Of a stretch of 64,000 nucleotides of DNA, positions 26,601 through 38,880 are shown piece by piece. A model generated the notes under the pieces. That model was not told where the DNA came from, made no database searches, and saw nothing but the letters and a program-made list of their open reading frames with translations. How positions within the stretch are numbered: position 1 is the stretch's first letter; every line of letters starts with the position of its first letter. Both the position numbers and the translations under genes were made by a program. Source of the stretch: Lama glama (lineage: Eukaryota); the NCBI GenBank assembly GCA_028534125.1, contig CM052816.1:80230001-80294000 (forward strand). Reading direction: 5' to 3'.

Positions 26601-29600
26601 AACTTAATCACACTTGCAAAATCCCTTTGCCATATGAGGTAAGATCCTGGGGGTTTTAGGACATGGGCACACAAGGAGATCATTATTCAATCCCCCACAG
26701 CTTTCTTACTTTCTCGAGCCACAGCTGCTCCAAGTGAATATTGCATTTTTCCCTGTCCCAGCTCTGAAAATACCCAGCTTTCCCAAGGCTCCCCAGTTCC
26801 TTTCATTGGAAAGTAGTATTTGGAAACCAAGATCTGGGCACTAGGTGTACTCATCACTATTAGGATGTCACTGCGTCTAGGTCCTGTTAATGGATAGAGC
26901 TAGAAAATATATATGCATACTAACCCATGCATGCATATATATTTATATTTATTTTCCTATCTATCTATACTGTGCGTAAAAAGCAAACAAAAAATCATGA
27001 GTTCATTCTGGTACATCTGACTCAAATCCAGCACCACTGGGTTCATTCTAGCATTCCCTTTATTTATTTGTAACTTCTCTCTTTGACAATGAGAAACCAG
27101 GCTCTCTTAATCTATAATTTATTTACTTATTTGTTGAACCTTAGTATACAAAGTAGTTATAGAATTGCAAACCCCTGTCCCATGAGATACAAATTTACCA
27201 ACTAGGGTATGACGTTTGTGCACAATTCTTTTTACATTTAAGGCATCCAGTCAAAACCCTGTCACATCCTTTCTTCCCCATGCCCTTCAGTTCTGTTACT
27301 TCATTCATTTGTTAACACAGCTAATTCATTTGTCATAATCGTATCTCGAGCTTCCCTGGTATTCTGGCTGAGTTTTTAAAAGTCTGCATTTAGCAAAATT
27401 TATTCTTTGTGGTGTACAGGTCTATGGGTTTTGACAAGTGCATAGAGATACGTCACTACCATACTATCAAACAGAACCATCCTTTCATCCCCTGAAGTCC
27501 TTCGTGCTAGCCCTTGGTAGTCAGCCCCTGGGAACTCCAACACCTGACAATGACTGGTCGGTTTTCCATTCTGCCTTCTTTTTCTCCTTCACTGCCCGAT
27601 TTTAAGCACGAGTGTTCCATTTCTCAGTATTTACCTCTGTATTTTAAGAACGATTTAAGTCATGTTTAAATTGCTTCATCTGTGACCTTCAATGATATAA
27701 CAAATATCATTGTTATACTGTTATAGGTGTGTATACATAGACACCTATAGCATTGTTATATGGATATAACTCCCAAACATTACAAATAAGCCAGTCAATG
27801 AACTTATTATGTTGTTGTCTTATCTCTTTCTTACTTGTTGATTTTTGGTGGTTGAATCATTTGTATGCTGTCAAGGTATAAAACAATTACATTCTAGGTT
27901 TACATTATCCCCTGTTATGATTTGGACTTACCTTACAGTTAAATATATTCAGTGTTCACCATTAGTCATTTTGCCAAAGTTTCCCAGACATCTCTTTATT
28001 AGTCAAACTTTACCCTTTAATTATGTTCTCAATAAAACTTAGGACATCAATATTCGCCAAGACTTTACATGCTCTAAAACTCTTTGATAGAAACTTGGCT
28101 GCAAATAAAAACCTTGGCTTACATTTTTTCCTGTTTCCTGGCATTTGGTCCAGAGAACTCTGAAATAAATCTGAGGGTTTTTTTCTCTTGTAAGTGACTT
28201 AGTCTTTCTACTTGATTTCCCAAAGAACTTTTCCTTTATCTTCAAAGTCCGGTTGATTTTTTCTAGAAGTGTTAATCATTCTGGGTCAAATGTTCCTGCT
28301 GCATCTTTTCAATATGTGTGTATAAGCCTTCTTTTTGTCCAGGAAAGTTTCTCTGAATTATATTTTAAAATATAAATATAAATGTTGTTTTTCTTCTCAT
28401 TGGGGTACTAAGGTGAGGTGGCATTGGAAGCAGTCTAATTTGTGTTGGGAAATCAGCAATAAGGGGTTATATTGTCTATAGAGTATTTTCAAACTGTAAT
28501 AAAACCAATGAAAAGTTAGCTAGATTTTTACTATCATCATAGGCCAGCAGTTCTAAACAATGTCAGTGATAAAATGTTCCTCTCCTGTGTGGTGGACCAC
28601 TCATTCACAAGCATGTCTCCTCATCCCCTCTGCACCTTAGTACACCACTGGTTAACTTTTTTAAGAACTCCAGTTATGCTTTGTTTTGTTTTTAACTTTT
28701 CTTATCTGTCTACAGTATGTATAGTTCTCTCTAACCTTTTGGTGCTCTTCCATTTCATGTTGTTTGCTTTTTCCATTTTTATCCTGCACATTTTAAATTT
28801 TATCTTCTGAGGGTTAATTCTCCCTTTTTGCTTCTTCCAATTTCTTCTGTCTTGTTTTTGTGATGCTTTTTATTTTAAACTTTTTCTGTGTTTTACATTA
28901 GTCATGATGTCCTGGTTTGCAGTTCCTCCTCTTGTCTGGTCCTGTCTACTACGAGTTTCTGTATTCTGTTTTTAAATGTTCCTTCAAAGGGGATTTGCAT
29001 CATTAATATATTTTAAATTCATGATGGAATATTTGGTTATATTTTTCATCTACTACATGATAACATTTCCTGTTGGTGAGTATTCTTCATCTATTGGTAA
29101 TTTTTGTTGTTCTTTTCTACTTTCTAAAATTAACTGATGGTTAAATAAATTGGATTTTCCTAGATCAGCTCTATGCAGTAGTTTCTTGGGGAGGGGGAGG
29201 GACCCCAGTATAGTTCCAGGCTTGGTAACTCAATGGTTCCCTCTTCTGCCACCAGGGGACTCCCATTTCTTTTAACTGTTGCTGCTCTGTGTGTTTTTTC
29301 CTGTGTGGCCACACGTCCTCCCCAGGACCTCCCCAGGGTCTGGGGGGAGGAAAATTTCTGGGTCTAGGAAAACTTCGGAAACCAGCCTTACACTTGCCAA
29401 CTCCTTTGCCTTTAAGAGCCTTATATTTGCTGGTAGGTTCTGAGACCCACCACTGCAGTACAGCTTTCCACACTTTCTGTACTTTATCTAGCAACTGTCC
29501 CCCCAAACAACTTCTGCTTCATCTCGGCCCTGCACACTGGAGCTTCTTTTCAGCATCTTTACTTCAGAGTGGCCATTCTGCATCAGGGAGTGCATTTTTC

Positions 29601-32600
29601 TAGGCACTGTTTGACGTCTGCTGCTACTTGGCCTCCTTTAAACTCCTTGTCCAACCTTCATGTTGCCTCCACGGGACTCTGCCTGCTGTCAGTTACATGC
29701 GACAGCACTTAACTGGTATTTTAAGTGTACTGACTTCTTCAAGGTCCTAGTTTTGCAAAGAATGAATACTTTTCGGTGTTCGTTTTCAGTTCTCCTTATG
29801 TGTCTATATGGTATTCAGAAGGAAAAGGAGAAAATTCTGATGGATGCCGTGGCCATGTTGCCACAAATTCTTTTAACCTGTGCCTTGATTAACTTTTCTA
29901 CCCAGCTAAAGTCAGAAATGAACTAACATATGAAGTGATCAAAACAATCTTTCATCATGTTTCAATCAGCTTTGAACCTTCTTATGTGATTTTCTACTCT
30001 GAAAGTTTATAATTTTCCTATAACTATTTTGTTGAACACTGTGTGTCATAGATTACATAAGTGTCTAGATACACCCAAGGAATGGTTCCATTGCTTTCAA
30101 TGGCTTCATAATTGAAGCTCATGGATTTAGGTGCTTTTTAGGTTCTCTTGGGCTGGACATAATTCAAACAATAGCAATCATTATTTGACTCCCACTTTAC
30201 TGTTTATACCTCACCCAATAGATTATAAAAGGGCCATTTTATACTTTTCAATTTTGGGAGTGATGGGACAAAGAAGGCTGACTTTTGCAATTACAGTCAC
30301 ACAAAGACCTGAAAGCCATAGGGCAAATGTGTTGCCTCTGGTTTCAGTACCTTTCCTTGCAAAGGAAAGCCATGTGTGGATATCACATAGATTCACTTTT
30401 GTATTGCCAACTCTAGTCACTTCATTTATTCACCATCTGGTTTCTTAGTTTTTCTAAAACGCTTCTGTGTCTATTTTTTATAGTGGTCATCTTATTTTTT
30501 TTTCAGGAAAAATATCTTTTTTGTCATTTTGATTCCTACTTTATTTTCTTGAGGCATTGAAAACTGTTGTGTGTGTATGTAATAAGTTTTATAAAGTGTA
30601 AAAAACTCAATGCATGTAAACTACTTTCTTTGAGTTTCTAATTTTTATCTGCCTTTACTTTTCATCTGTGGACCCATCTTTAGGCATATGAATGGAAATG
30701 ACTTGTTTTTATATCATTTCCTTTATTCCAGCACATTGAATATGCAAGACTGGAACTAAATTAAGCATAATCATACTTATTTATTTAGTTCAACTTGACT
30801 CAGAGGCAGATGGATAAACACAGTAGCCTTACAGCTTCAATATTACTTGATTGCACCTTTGGAAAACAGCATAGAACTGTGAAGTGTTTTATTTTTTTTT
30901 TTTTTAAGATGTCTCTGGACTTTTCTTTTACAAAGCCTATTATGGTCTGATTGTTTGTGTCCTCCCCAAAATTCACACATTGAAAACCTCATGCCCAAGG
31001 TCATGATATTAAAAGGTAGGGTCTTTGGAGGGTGATTAGGTCATCATGAACTCTCATGAATGGGATGGGTGCCCTTACAGAAGAGGCCCCACGGAGCTCC
31101 CTAGTCCCTTCTGCCGTAAGAGGGTACAACCAGACGTCTGTGACCTGGAAGAGGGCTCTCACCTGGCCAGACTGGCACCCTGGTCTTGGAATTCCAGCCT
31201 CCAGACCATGAGAAATAAATTTTTGTTGTTTGTAGGCTTTTCAATCTGTGCTGTTTTGTTATAGCAGCTCAAACAGACTAAGACAAGGCCATTAAAATTT
31301 TTAAACTTAAAAAATATAGCATGGACATCAATAAGAGCATGATAGTTTCTATTCATTCATCTTTTCAAAATGGACTCTCCAAACCAAGATCATTTGGAAT
31401 TAGGAAGATTTTCCTTTTTCCTCATCCCACCACTATTGGATTCTTCTTAATCGTTAAGTGAGGGGACTGGTATTTACAGTGTTTCAGGCACATTAAGTTG
31501 CTTTCAGTTAGAAACCCTAGACTCTTACAAGAAAACTTACAACTTTTAAAATATGTTGGTATTTTTTAAATGAGGATTCATATTTTCAGTAACAGGGTCA
31601 TGCTGCTGAATCAAAGTTGAATCTTTCTATTTATTGTACATAATTTCTCCTTCTTACAATGAACAACATGAGAAATTACTGGAAGTGTTTCTTCAGAACT
31701 GATAAACATTTATCCGTGCTATGCTGCCTTATCTTTGGCTAACATTTGTGGCAAGTGTTGCACTTGGGTCATTTTGTTAAACTACAGAAGGCTATGTGTT
31801 CATCCATGCAGGGCTCTCTACTTTGTCCATGTGAGCCTTGTGGGAGGTGCTGATGCTGGTCGATCAATACGGAGGAACAGCATGTACCTCCCCTTAAGCA
31901 CTTTGTCAGGGGCAGGATGGGCAGTGAGAGACAGCCAAAATTAGAGGAGCCTCCTTCCTTTGAAGGCTTTGTAATCTTGTTAGGGATACATGGTATACAA
32001 AAAAACTTAAAGCAATTTGAAGATGAGAGCAGATACAGGGACATTCATATGAATAAAGGCCAAGAAGAACCAATGTATCACATAGAACACAAAGGAAGTG
32101 TGAAGTCATGTGACATATCTCCCTGCTATCTCCCAGTCTTCAATATACAATAGTTAATTCAAATGTGGGTAAATATCTGCCTTTTCCAGGTGTCTATTTC
32201 TTCACCTTCAGCATGATGAAGCATGAGGACGTAGAAGAAGTGTATGTGTATCTCATGCACAACGGCAACACAGTCTTCAGCATGTACAGGTGACTGGTCT
32301 TTTCCATCAGGGAGTATCCATGCTGCCATTGTTTGCTCAAAGGCTGGCCAAGGCCAGGGAAGCATAAAGGAATCAACAGAGACTGGCATGAACCTTGCTG
32401 TCATTGAGAACTCCCATATATCAATACACAGCCAGGTTATATTTACTGTCTGGGAAGCAGTAAATCTCATGAACTTGAGCATAAGCAGGTTGATAAGAGA
32501 CCTTGAACTAATTACTAGCAACACTCTCCATGACTAATCATTTGTATTCTTTTCTTAACTCATTCTTTCCTTCTCTCTCAGCCCTTTCTTCTGCTTCCCT

Positions 32601-34017
32601 CCTCTCTGCCCTCTTCACCTACCGAGTCTAGCCCTCTTGATGGCTTCCTCTATCAGCCCCTGAGCTGGCAGGTTGAGAGTTGAGGGTTGGTCTCCCTCTT
32701 TAGGCTGTGCTGCTGCTCTGACATTTATCTTAGCAACCTGGTCCTAGGGCTCCTTGGGGAAAAAAATCATTTTAAAAAGAAATATTGCAACTTGATCTGA
32801 TGTCAGCTTAAAATGCAGGAAAAAGCCTGAGAGCCAACACCTTTCCTGTAGTTAAATAAATAGGTGGTGAGTTATCTGTGACAAACTTTGTGGTTATCTT
32901 TTCTCAGTTACCTTTGATGACTTGTGGGGATTGTCACATTTTTTTCTGGAGCCTGGCCTCTAGTAAGAGGAGGCATTTGAAAAGCCAAAAAAGAAAAAGA
33001 TGAGTTAGGTAGGTGAAACTGCTGTAACAAAGAGATGCAGACTATCATGGCTTGAACACACTAGAACCCTATTTTTCTTGGCCAGTTCCAGGTTGGGGAA
33101 GGAAGCAGAGAGGGTGGAGGAGGGGACTGTGTGGACGTTGGAAGGATCATTGCTCCACCAGGTTTCTGGGGGATCCAGATGGGTGAAAGCAGTTCTGCCA
33201 TCTGTAAAACTGACTCCCAAACTCTCACTGGTTGTTGCCACTGCCACGGTCAGAAGGAGGAAAGAGCAGCAAGCTCATGGAAAGTTTTATGTGTCAGGCA
33301 TTCTATTGAAAGTTGTCACATGTTTTCCCAAATGTTTTGCTACAGCATGACAGGGATCTCCAGGGTTCAAGCCCACAATAGTTGTTTCCTCTCTGCTCTC
33401 TGCCTGACCATGAGCCAATGCAACATATTTTGGTTTGGGTTATGGCAGGACCCTCCTTTAGTACCAAGTCCTCCATTGGTTAGGGTAGATTGACATTGAC
33501 CCAAACATTGACCCAATGGCTTAAACAAAATAGAAATTCCTTTTCTCCTCATGGAACAGTCTTCAAGCACTCAGGCTTCAACATATGGCTTCTAAGGTCA
33601 TCCTAGTCATTGTCATTAGCATTCCACACAGTCATAATGAGGAAGGAGCAAGAGGGGCTATTTCTGAGACTTGTATTGGTATTGGCTAATCCTATAAGTG
33701 GCACATGTCATTGCTGTCCACATGCCATTTAGAGAATTTAATCCCAGGACTATACCTAAATACATGGGAGTCTGGGGGAGAAGGGGAGGACAGATTTTGG
33801 TAAAGAGCTGGCTTTTCACTGCAAAGACTAAGCAGTTGGTGCCTTTTTCCTTTCTAGCTATGAAACCAAGGGGAAATCAGATACATCCAGCAACCACGCC
33901 GTGCTGAAGCTGGCCAAAGGGGATGAGGTTTGGCTGAGGATGGGCAATGGTGCTCTTCATGGGGACCACCAGCGCTTCTCTACCTTTGCAGGCTTCCTGC
34001 TCTTTGAAACTAAGTAA
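12677..34017 (+). CDS. C1QTNF3: C1q/TNF-related protein 3 (CTRP3, cartducin/CORS26); join(12677-12760 or 12677-12979,18901-19012,21127-21281,25987-26116,32190-32289,33858-34017)
   Basis: Exons sum to 741 nt (246 aa + TAA), or 960 nt (319 aa) with the distal donor. All introns GT-AG with matching phases. Signal peptide, Cys-rich N-terminus, Gly-X-Y collagen domain and gC1q domain ending FAGFLLFETK. Confidence 0.98.
13040..13152. repeat. (TTTTC)n pentanucleotide repeat, about 22 units
   Basis: Near-perfect tract in C1QTNF3 intron 1. Confidence 0.97.
16940..17459 (-). mobile_element. L1 3' end (artiodactyl type) with (TG)n, cut by the gap
   Basis: ttgaagtgtagtcagtttacaatgttgtgtt...ttctatgtctgtgagtctgtttctg...gctgcaaatggcattatt; (TG)n 17400-17440. 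Confidence 0.9.
17460..17559. other. Assembly gap (100 N)
   Basis: Run of exactly 100 N that truncates an L1; true size unknown. Confidence 0.99.
18110..18308 (+). mobile_element. L1 3' end
   Basis: atagataaacaacaagatcctactg...gaatcactatgctg.acaccagaaactaacacaacattg...A-rich tail. Confidence 0.85.
18901..19012 (+). CDS. C1QTNF3: C1QTNF3 exon 2 (Cys-rich segment, start of collagen domain)
   Basis: ctttttaaag|TCT; SPPTGGLPPDCSKCCHGDYSFRGYQGPPGPPGPPGIP; CCAG|gtaagg; 112 nt. Confidence 0.97.
20599..20630. repeat. (TA)n microsatellite
   Basis: About 15 TA units. Confidence 0.95.
21127..21281 (+). CDS. C1QTNF3: C1QTNF3 exon 3 (collagen domain)
   Basis: tttaag|GA; GNHGNNGNNGATGHEGAKGEKGDKGDLGPRGERGQHGPKGEKGYPGVPPELQ; CAG|gtaagt; 155 nt. 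Confidence 0.97.
22440..23868 (+). mobile_element. ERV remnant: internal 3' piece, polypurine tract and 3' LTR (about 22817-23868), interrupted by an L1
   Basis: AAAAGGGAGGG at about 22804-22814 immediately before LTR-like sequence; AATAAA near 23814; ends tgtggaca. Additional LTR-like sequence at about 22180-22420. Boundaries approximate. Confidence 0.6.
23016..23574 (-). mobile_element. 5'-truncated L1 nested in the ERV LTR
   Basis: L1 3'UTR; TSD ATGAACCTAGTTTCTT (23000-23015) / ATGAGCCCAGTTTCTT (23575-23590). Confidence 0.9.
24766..25568 (-). mobile_element. MER21-type LTR
   Basis: tcctacaattcaactcag...gatcccacaggtt...ggaacagccaga.ggaagagatgcataaggcaagg...ataatgtcaca. Confidence 0.75.
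25987..26116 (+). CDS. C1QTNF3: C1QTNF3 exon 4 (gC1q N-part)
   Basis: ctcattag|ATT; IAFMASLATHFSNQNSGIIFSSVETNIGNFFDVMTGRFGAPVS; CAG|gtgaga; 130 nt. Confidence 0.97.
26700..27570 (-). mobile_element. Old L1 (L1MC/ME-like) fragments, preceded by an MLT1 fragment at about 26520-26699
   Basis: tggaaaccaagatctgggcactaggtgt...ctatgggttttgacaa.tgcatag. Confidence 0.6.
30938..31285 (+). mobile_element. MLT1A-like (MaLR) LTR
   Basis: tatgg.ctga.tgtttgtgtcc...ccagcctccagac...gagaaataaattt...gactaagaca; flanks aagcc/aggcc. Confidence 0.85.
32190..32289 (+). CDS. C1QTNF3: C1QTNF3 exon 5 (gC1q)
   Basis: cttttccag|GT; GVYFFTFSMMKHEDVEEVYVYLMHNGNTVFSMY; CAG|gtgact; 100 nt. Confidence 0.97.
33858..34017 (+). 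CDS. C1QTNF3: C1QTNF3 exon 6 coding part
   Basis: tttctag|C; YETKGKSDTSSNHAVLKLAKGDEVWLRMGNGALHGDHQRFSTFAGFLLFETK*; TAA 34015-34017. Confidence 0.97.
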
Positions 34018-35716
34018 ATGAATGAAGAGACCAGCTGCATTTGCAGGAAGACTTATAGCTGAGCTGGTGTTGTCGTGATCTGCAGGACATTAGAGTTGAT
34101 GGTTCTATATGTTGTGTTTTTTTTTTTTAATTTCATTGGTTACATTGCTAATCATGCTACAGGTACAACAATAATGAGGGATGACTGCAGGGGCTCAGAG
34201 AATAAACCACAAAACAGTCTTCCCAAGTGGCCTTGATTAGCATACTCAGCAAGCTTTATCACTTCCCTGGGCACCTAAAAGAGAATTCTCCTCTTGATAC
34301 AGGTTGGAAATCATTGTTCCCATCAGAGAAGTCATTAGCAAAGAGTTTTAGCTGCTCTGTTTTAAAATTAATAGCAGCTTTTGGGAACCCCTGAGGTTTT
34401 GGGTTCATCATTCTTTACAACATTTGAGAGAACAGGGTGCAGTGATTATGATGGGACCAGGGCCAAAACCAAGGTACCAGAAATATTTGTAAAGCCTAGA
34501 CTGGGCAGTAACACTTTGATCCAGTGGGTCAATATTCAGGAATATAGATTTTTTTTTTTAGTAATTCCAGATAGCTTTTAGATAGTAATAGAATCCACAA
34601 TGCTCACAAAGAATTGACTCCTCCTTTTCTATAAGGATACTGCTGTAATTAAATCTTGACTTCAAATGGCTTACATTTTTGGAAATAGAATTTTCCTGTA
34701 ATCCAGAATTGGGCTGACCAGATCTGGCTTATCAGATTGCCTCTTTCCCATTGCATTTCTTACAGTACAATAGAGCTCTGTTGACTCTGGCCTGAGGTGA
34801 ATGCAGGTCCATATTGTACAGATATAATCACTTTCTCTTCTATCAGTTTAGAAATTACCCTAATACACTTTAAATACACTGACATGTCATGTATAAGGAA
34901 CTGTAAACTTAGTTATATACAGTGAAACTAATGGATACATAATAAAAGGGCATTCCACTTAGGAGACATATAATAAAATTGCTTAACCTTTTTTTTTGAA
35001 TAAAAGATGATTACTTTGATTACGGTATTTAATCAATAGTCATGGAGCAGCTGTGCTGCTTGAATTCTTCCTATCCCTCCCAAAAGTCGATTCTTAAAAG
35101 ATTAAATTTGTCACCAAAACGATATTCATGATAATGTGCCATAAGTTCTGATGCTAGTACCTAAAGATGGTACCCAAAATTGGCTTATTTTAAGCAGAGA
35201 ATCATTGGAATATATGTCTACCCTGAGGTTGAGTCATATTTAAAATGCACTAGAGAGATGTCCATCTAACAGATATCATATAATGAATTCTCTTAGAAAT
35301 AATGAGCCCTTAATTTCTCTTCTGTTACAATTTGAATTTCCACAAAGTTTTTTTAACTGCTTACTCATGTTGATTACCCTCTACAGCTAGAATTGGAGAG
35401 AATTAATTTGCTAACTTAGTGTGTTCTCTGTTCAGTTCAGTCTTTGCCCCTTTCCTTTTGAGCTACAAATATTTTGAAACTCTTCCTGAATCCACATGCA
35501 ATGCTATTTTAAGTGGATGGATATTAGCTATACTGTGCTTGGCTGGTGATGTTTTTGTGATTTTGTGTGTATTCTCCTTCCCCCTCCCTTGCCCCAGTGT
35601 GGGGTCATGGGGTTGAAGTTTACTCTCACCAAATGTCCTAGAGGTACATTGCAAATAGGTATCTGAATGTTGCATGTTGCCCCAAGGAATTTCACATCTA
35701 AAGAGCATGTACTACC

Positions 35717-35845
35717 AATAAAGTGCCTTAGAGTACGATGTTGGCCTGGCTTTGGATAAAACTGAGCCAAGAGAAATGTCATAAGCATTATATGGAAATA
35801 AACCCACCTCTGTTAAATGTACTGTTTTATAATGTTCTTAATAAA
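35717..35845 (+). terminator. Cluster of candidate C1QTNF3 polyadenylation signals
   Basis: AATAAA at 35717, 35797 and 35840 followed by T/GT-rich sequence; more proximal AATAAA at 34201, 34941 and 34972. Which are used cannot be determined from sequence. Confidence 0.55.
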
Positions 35846-37325
35846 ATCGAATACTCATACAATTGTTGAGTTACTATGATGTGTTAATGCAAAGTTGAAA
35901 TATTTTCATGCAGATGATGTAAACAGCTACACAGTTGATGTGGGCACAGAGCAGGGTGATTGTCTACAAAAAAACTCTACTTTTCATTTATTCCATTGTT
36001 CTAACTTCAACCCTTTGAATCTTTAAGACATTGATGTGTAGAGTGTCTGTGTTGAAATCTGGAGGGACCTTCATAGCTCACCTGAAATCTTTCTGTATTG
36101 ATGCCTAAATTCCAGTCTTCACCTTAGGAGAGATATCCAAGATTTGGTGGCAGGCAAGTTAGAAAGCAATTCGGGCTGGCAAATAAATCCAAAGTGTGAA
36201 GAAGGGGATTAGTGCAGAAGGCAGCTGACGGCCAAAGTCATGATCAATGTTTCACAATTTCACCCAGGGCCAGAATTTTATATGCAAGACCTATTTTGCA
36301 CGTCTTTCTAAGACGGAGGCTCTGAAAAGGAGATAGTAGGTAGGTGTTGTGGCAAATTTAAATGTATCAGCTAAGCAACCAGCTTTAAAATTCCAAACCC
36401 CAAATGAAGGCAAACACTACAAATTAAACACATAGGTGTCTGCTTGCTGCAGAAATGCAATACAAGGTAGAACAGCTTCACATAATGATCAGATAGGGTG
36501 ATTTTCCAGTGTAGAAAAAGCAACCTTTGAACCTTGCACAGCAAAAAGATTATACTGAAGGAATTTTCTGAGCATATTATGTATAAGAGCTGAAGTCAAG
36601 AATAATCAGAGGGTAGAATAATCAAATGTATTCTCCCAAGGGCCTGGCTGGAACTGATCAACATTCACTCTGTGCAAAGATAATGTGCTATTCCAGGAGT
36701 GACTCAGCATTTAAAGTGCAAATTTTACCTTACATGAATTTTCAACCTAATGGAGGAAGGTAGGTAAAAGGGGGAGGTGCATGGATGATGTAATGCAGAG
36801 TAGACTGTTTTAATTGCCACAGAAGGTAAAGGGCTAGAAATTCACAGGAGAGAGAAACAGCTTCTCACAGAGCATGAGGACCGTGTGGAAAAGATGTATT
36901 TAATGGCTAAAGACAATTTCTTGCTTTATTATGTTTGGAATATTTTATTTTTAATCTTGTTCTTTTCTGATCAAAAAAAATGCTGTAGAAAATTTATAAA
37001 ATACATTTAAGTATTTTGTATAAAAATGAATGCTGTCACCAAACATTAGATATTAGTATTTTGAAGTATCTGTTTCAGTCTTTTTCAGCATATATTTATG
37101 TCATGAAACATGACATAGTCATGAAACAAACCACTTGATGTTACAGTTTTTATATATTTTTATATCTTACTATGGTTTGCCCTAACACATGAAGAGCACT
37201 CTTAAACGCTATTAAGGATTATTTGAAAACATACTTTTATTGGCTGCATAATTTATTTAACCTTTTCCATTTGGGGAGATATTTTTGCTCTTTTCAGTTT
37301 TTTTCCCCCACTATTGCAAATAATT

Positions 37326-38880
37326 TGGTCTCCACCTCTGGTTCTTGACACAAAGCTCCTAAACCCTTTGTAAATAGAGGTGCCAAGGGCATCTTTTGTT
37401 TTAACATTTGGTCCTTGGCTCCAGTTCTTAAAACCCTTGTAATTTCCTGAGTGGTAAGAGCACTAAGGGCGTCTTTTTCCCTAATATTTGATCTTTGGCC
37501 CCACTTCCTGTTGGAGTTCCTAAATCCCTTGGGATTTTCTGAGTGACGATACTATCTTTTGTTTTAATGAGGTGACTCTTGGTGGGCTCCTGGGTGGGGG
37601 CTGGCCATCAAATCATGATTAGAAAGACCACACCACAATTAGAAAAACCAAGCCGTTAGAGCAGGCAGAAAGCTAGATATGAGCAGAGAAAGGGAGGCAC
37701 GGGCCAAATGGCAGGAAACCATTCATCCTTGGGCAGACAGGAAAGCAAGAACCTCTGGACTAATAAGAAATCACACATTTTGAGGTGACAAGTGTCCTGG
37801 AGGCAGACAAAGAAAGGTGGGAAAAGGTAACCTTTTGTTCATTATGCCCTTATTACAATAAAATTAGCCTTGCAGATTAGAAGTATCCATTGTGCACTGA
37901 TGTCATGACACTTCTGATCAAGACTAAACAAGGACAAAAACTCCTCCTCCCCTCCAGAAGGTGGAACTGGAATGGAAATCAAGAAATACAACCCCAAACC
38001 CCTTCCTCTCCAATGAATATTATGCCCATTCATTTTTACACTCTATGTAACCAGCTTGCCAAAGAAACTCAGCACAGCTACTCACCTGAGCCTGCCTGCT
38101 CTCCCCTTGAGAGCATCCTATCACTTAATAAATCTTTACTTTACTTTCTTGATCTCTGTGTCTCATCTCTGAATTCTTTCTGCGACAAGACCAGAACCTA
38201 TTCACTAGCAACAAAACTATGATTAGAAGCTTGGAATTTTCAGTTCCACCTACCCCCTCATTGTCCCAAGAGGGGAAAGGGACTGCATATGGAGCTAATG
38301 ACTGATCATGCCTGTATCATGAAGTCTCAATAAAAATCCCAAAAGTATGGGATTCAGAGAGCTTCTAGGTTGGTGAACACACCTACATGCTGGGAGGATG
38401 GTGCATGCCAACTCCATGGGGACAGAAGTTCCCGTGTTTGGGACCCACCCAGACTTCACCCTCTGTATCACTTCATCTGGCTGTTCGTCTGTATCCTTTA
38501 TCATATAATAAACTGGTAAACATAAGTAAGTGTTTCCCTGAGTTCTATGAGCTATGCTAGCAAGTATTCAAATCCAAGCAGGGGAATCACGGGAACCTCT
38601 GATTTGTAGCCAAGTCAGACAGAAGTTATAGGTAATCTGGGGATCTATTACTTGCTATTGGCATCTGAAATCGGGAGCAGTACTGTGGGACTGAACCATT
38701 ACCCTGTGGGCTCTGTGCTACTGCCAATTAGTGTCAGAACTGAATTGAACTGTAGGATATCCAGCGCCAGAGGATTGCTCGGTGTGGGAAAAAAAGAATC
38801 CATACAACTGCAGTCAGAAGTGTTGTGTGTGTGGCAGTAGTGTGAGAATAAAGGAGAAACACCCAGCAGGAGTGAGTTTT
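37326..38880 (+). mobile_element. MER21-type LTR split by a younger LTR
   Basis: Repeated ggtc..cc.gttc...aaaccct units at the 5' end; resumes at about 38214 with gattagaagcttgg...cttcatctggctgttc...; opposite orientation to the 24766 copy. Confidence 0.7.
37654..38213 (+). mobile_element. ERV1-like solo LTR nested in MER21
   Basis: Termini (c)gtt...aaca; AATAAA 38127-38132 followed by U5-like tctgaattctttc. Confidence 0.75.

Noticed and set aside
27719..27752. Imperfect hairpin tgttataggtgt...acacctatagca
   Set aside because: Short, mismatched and AT-rich within old L1-like sequence; compatible with chance.
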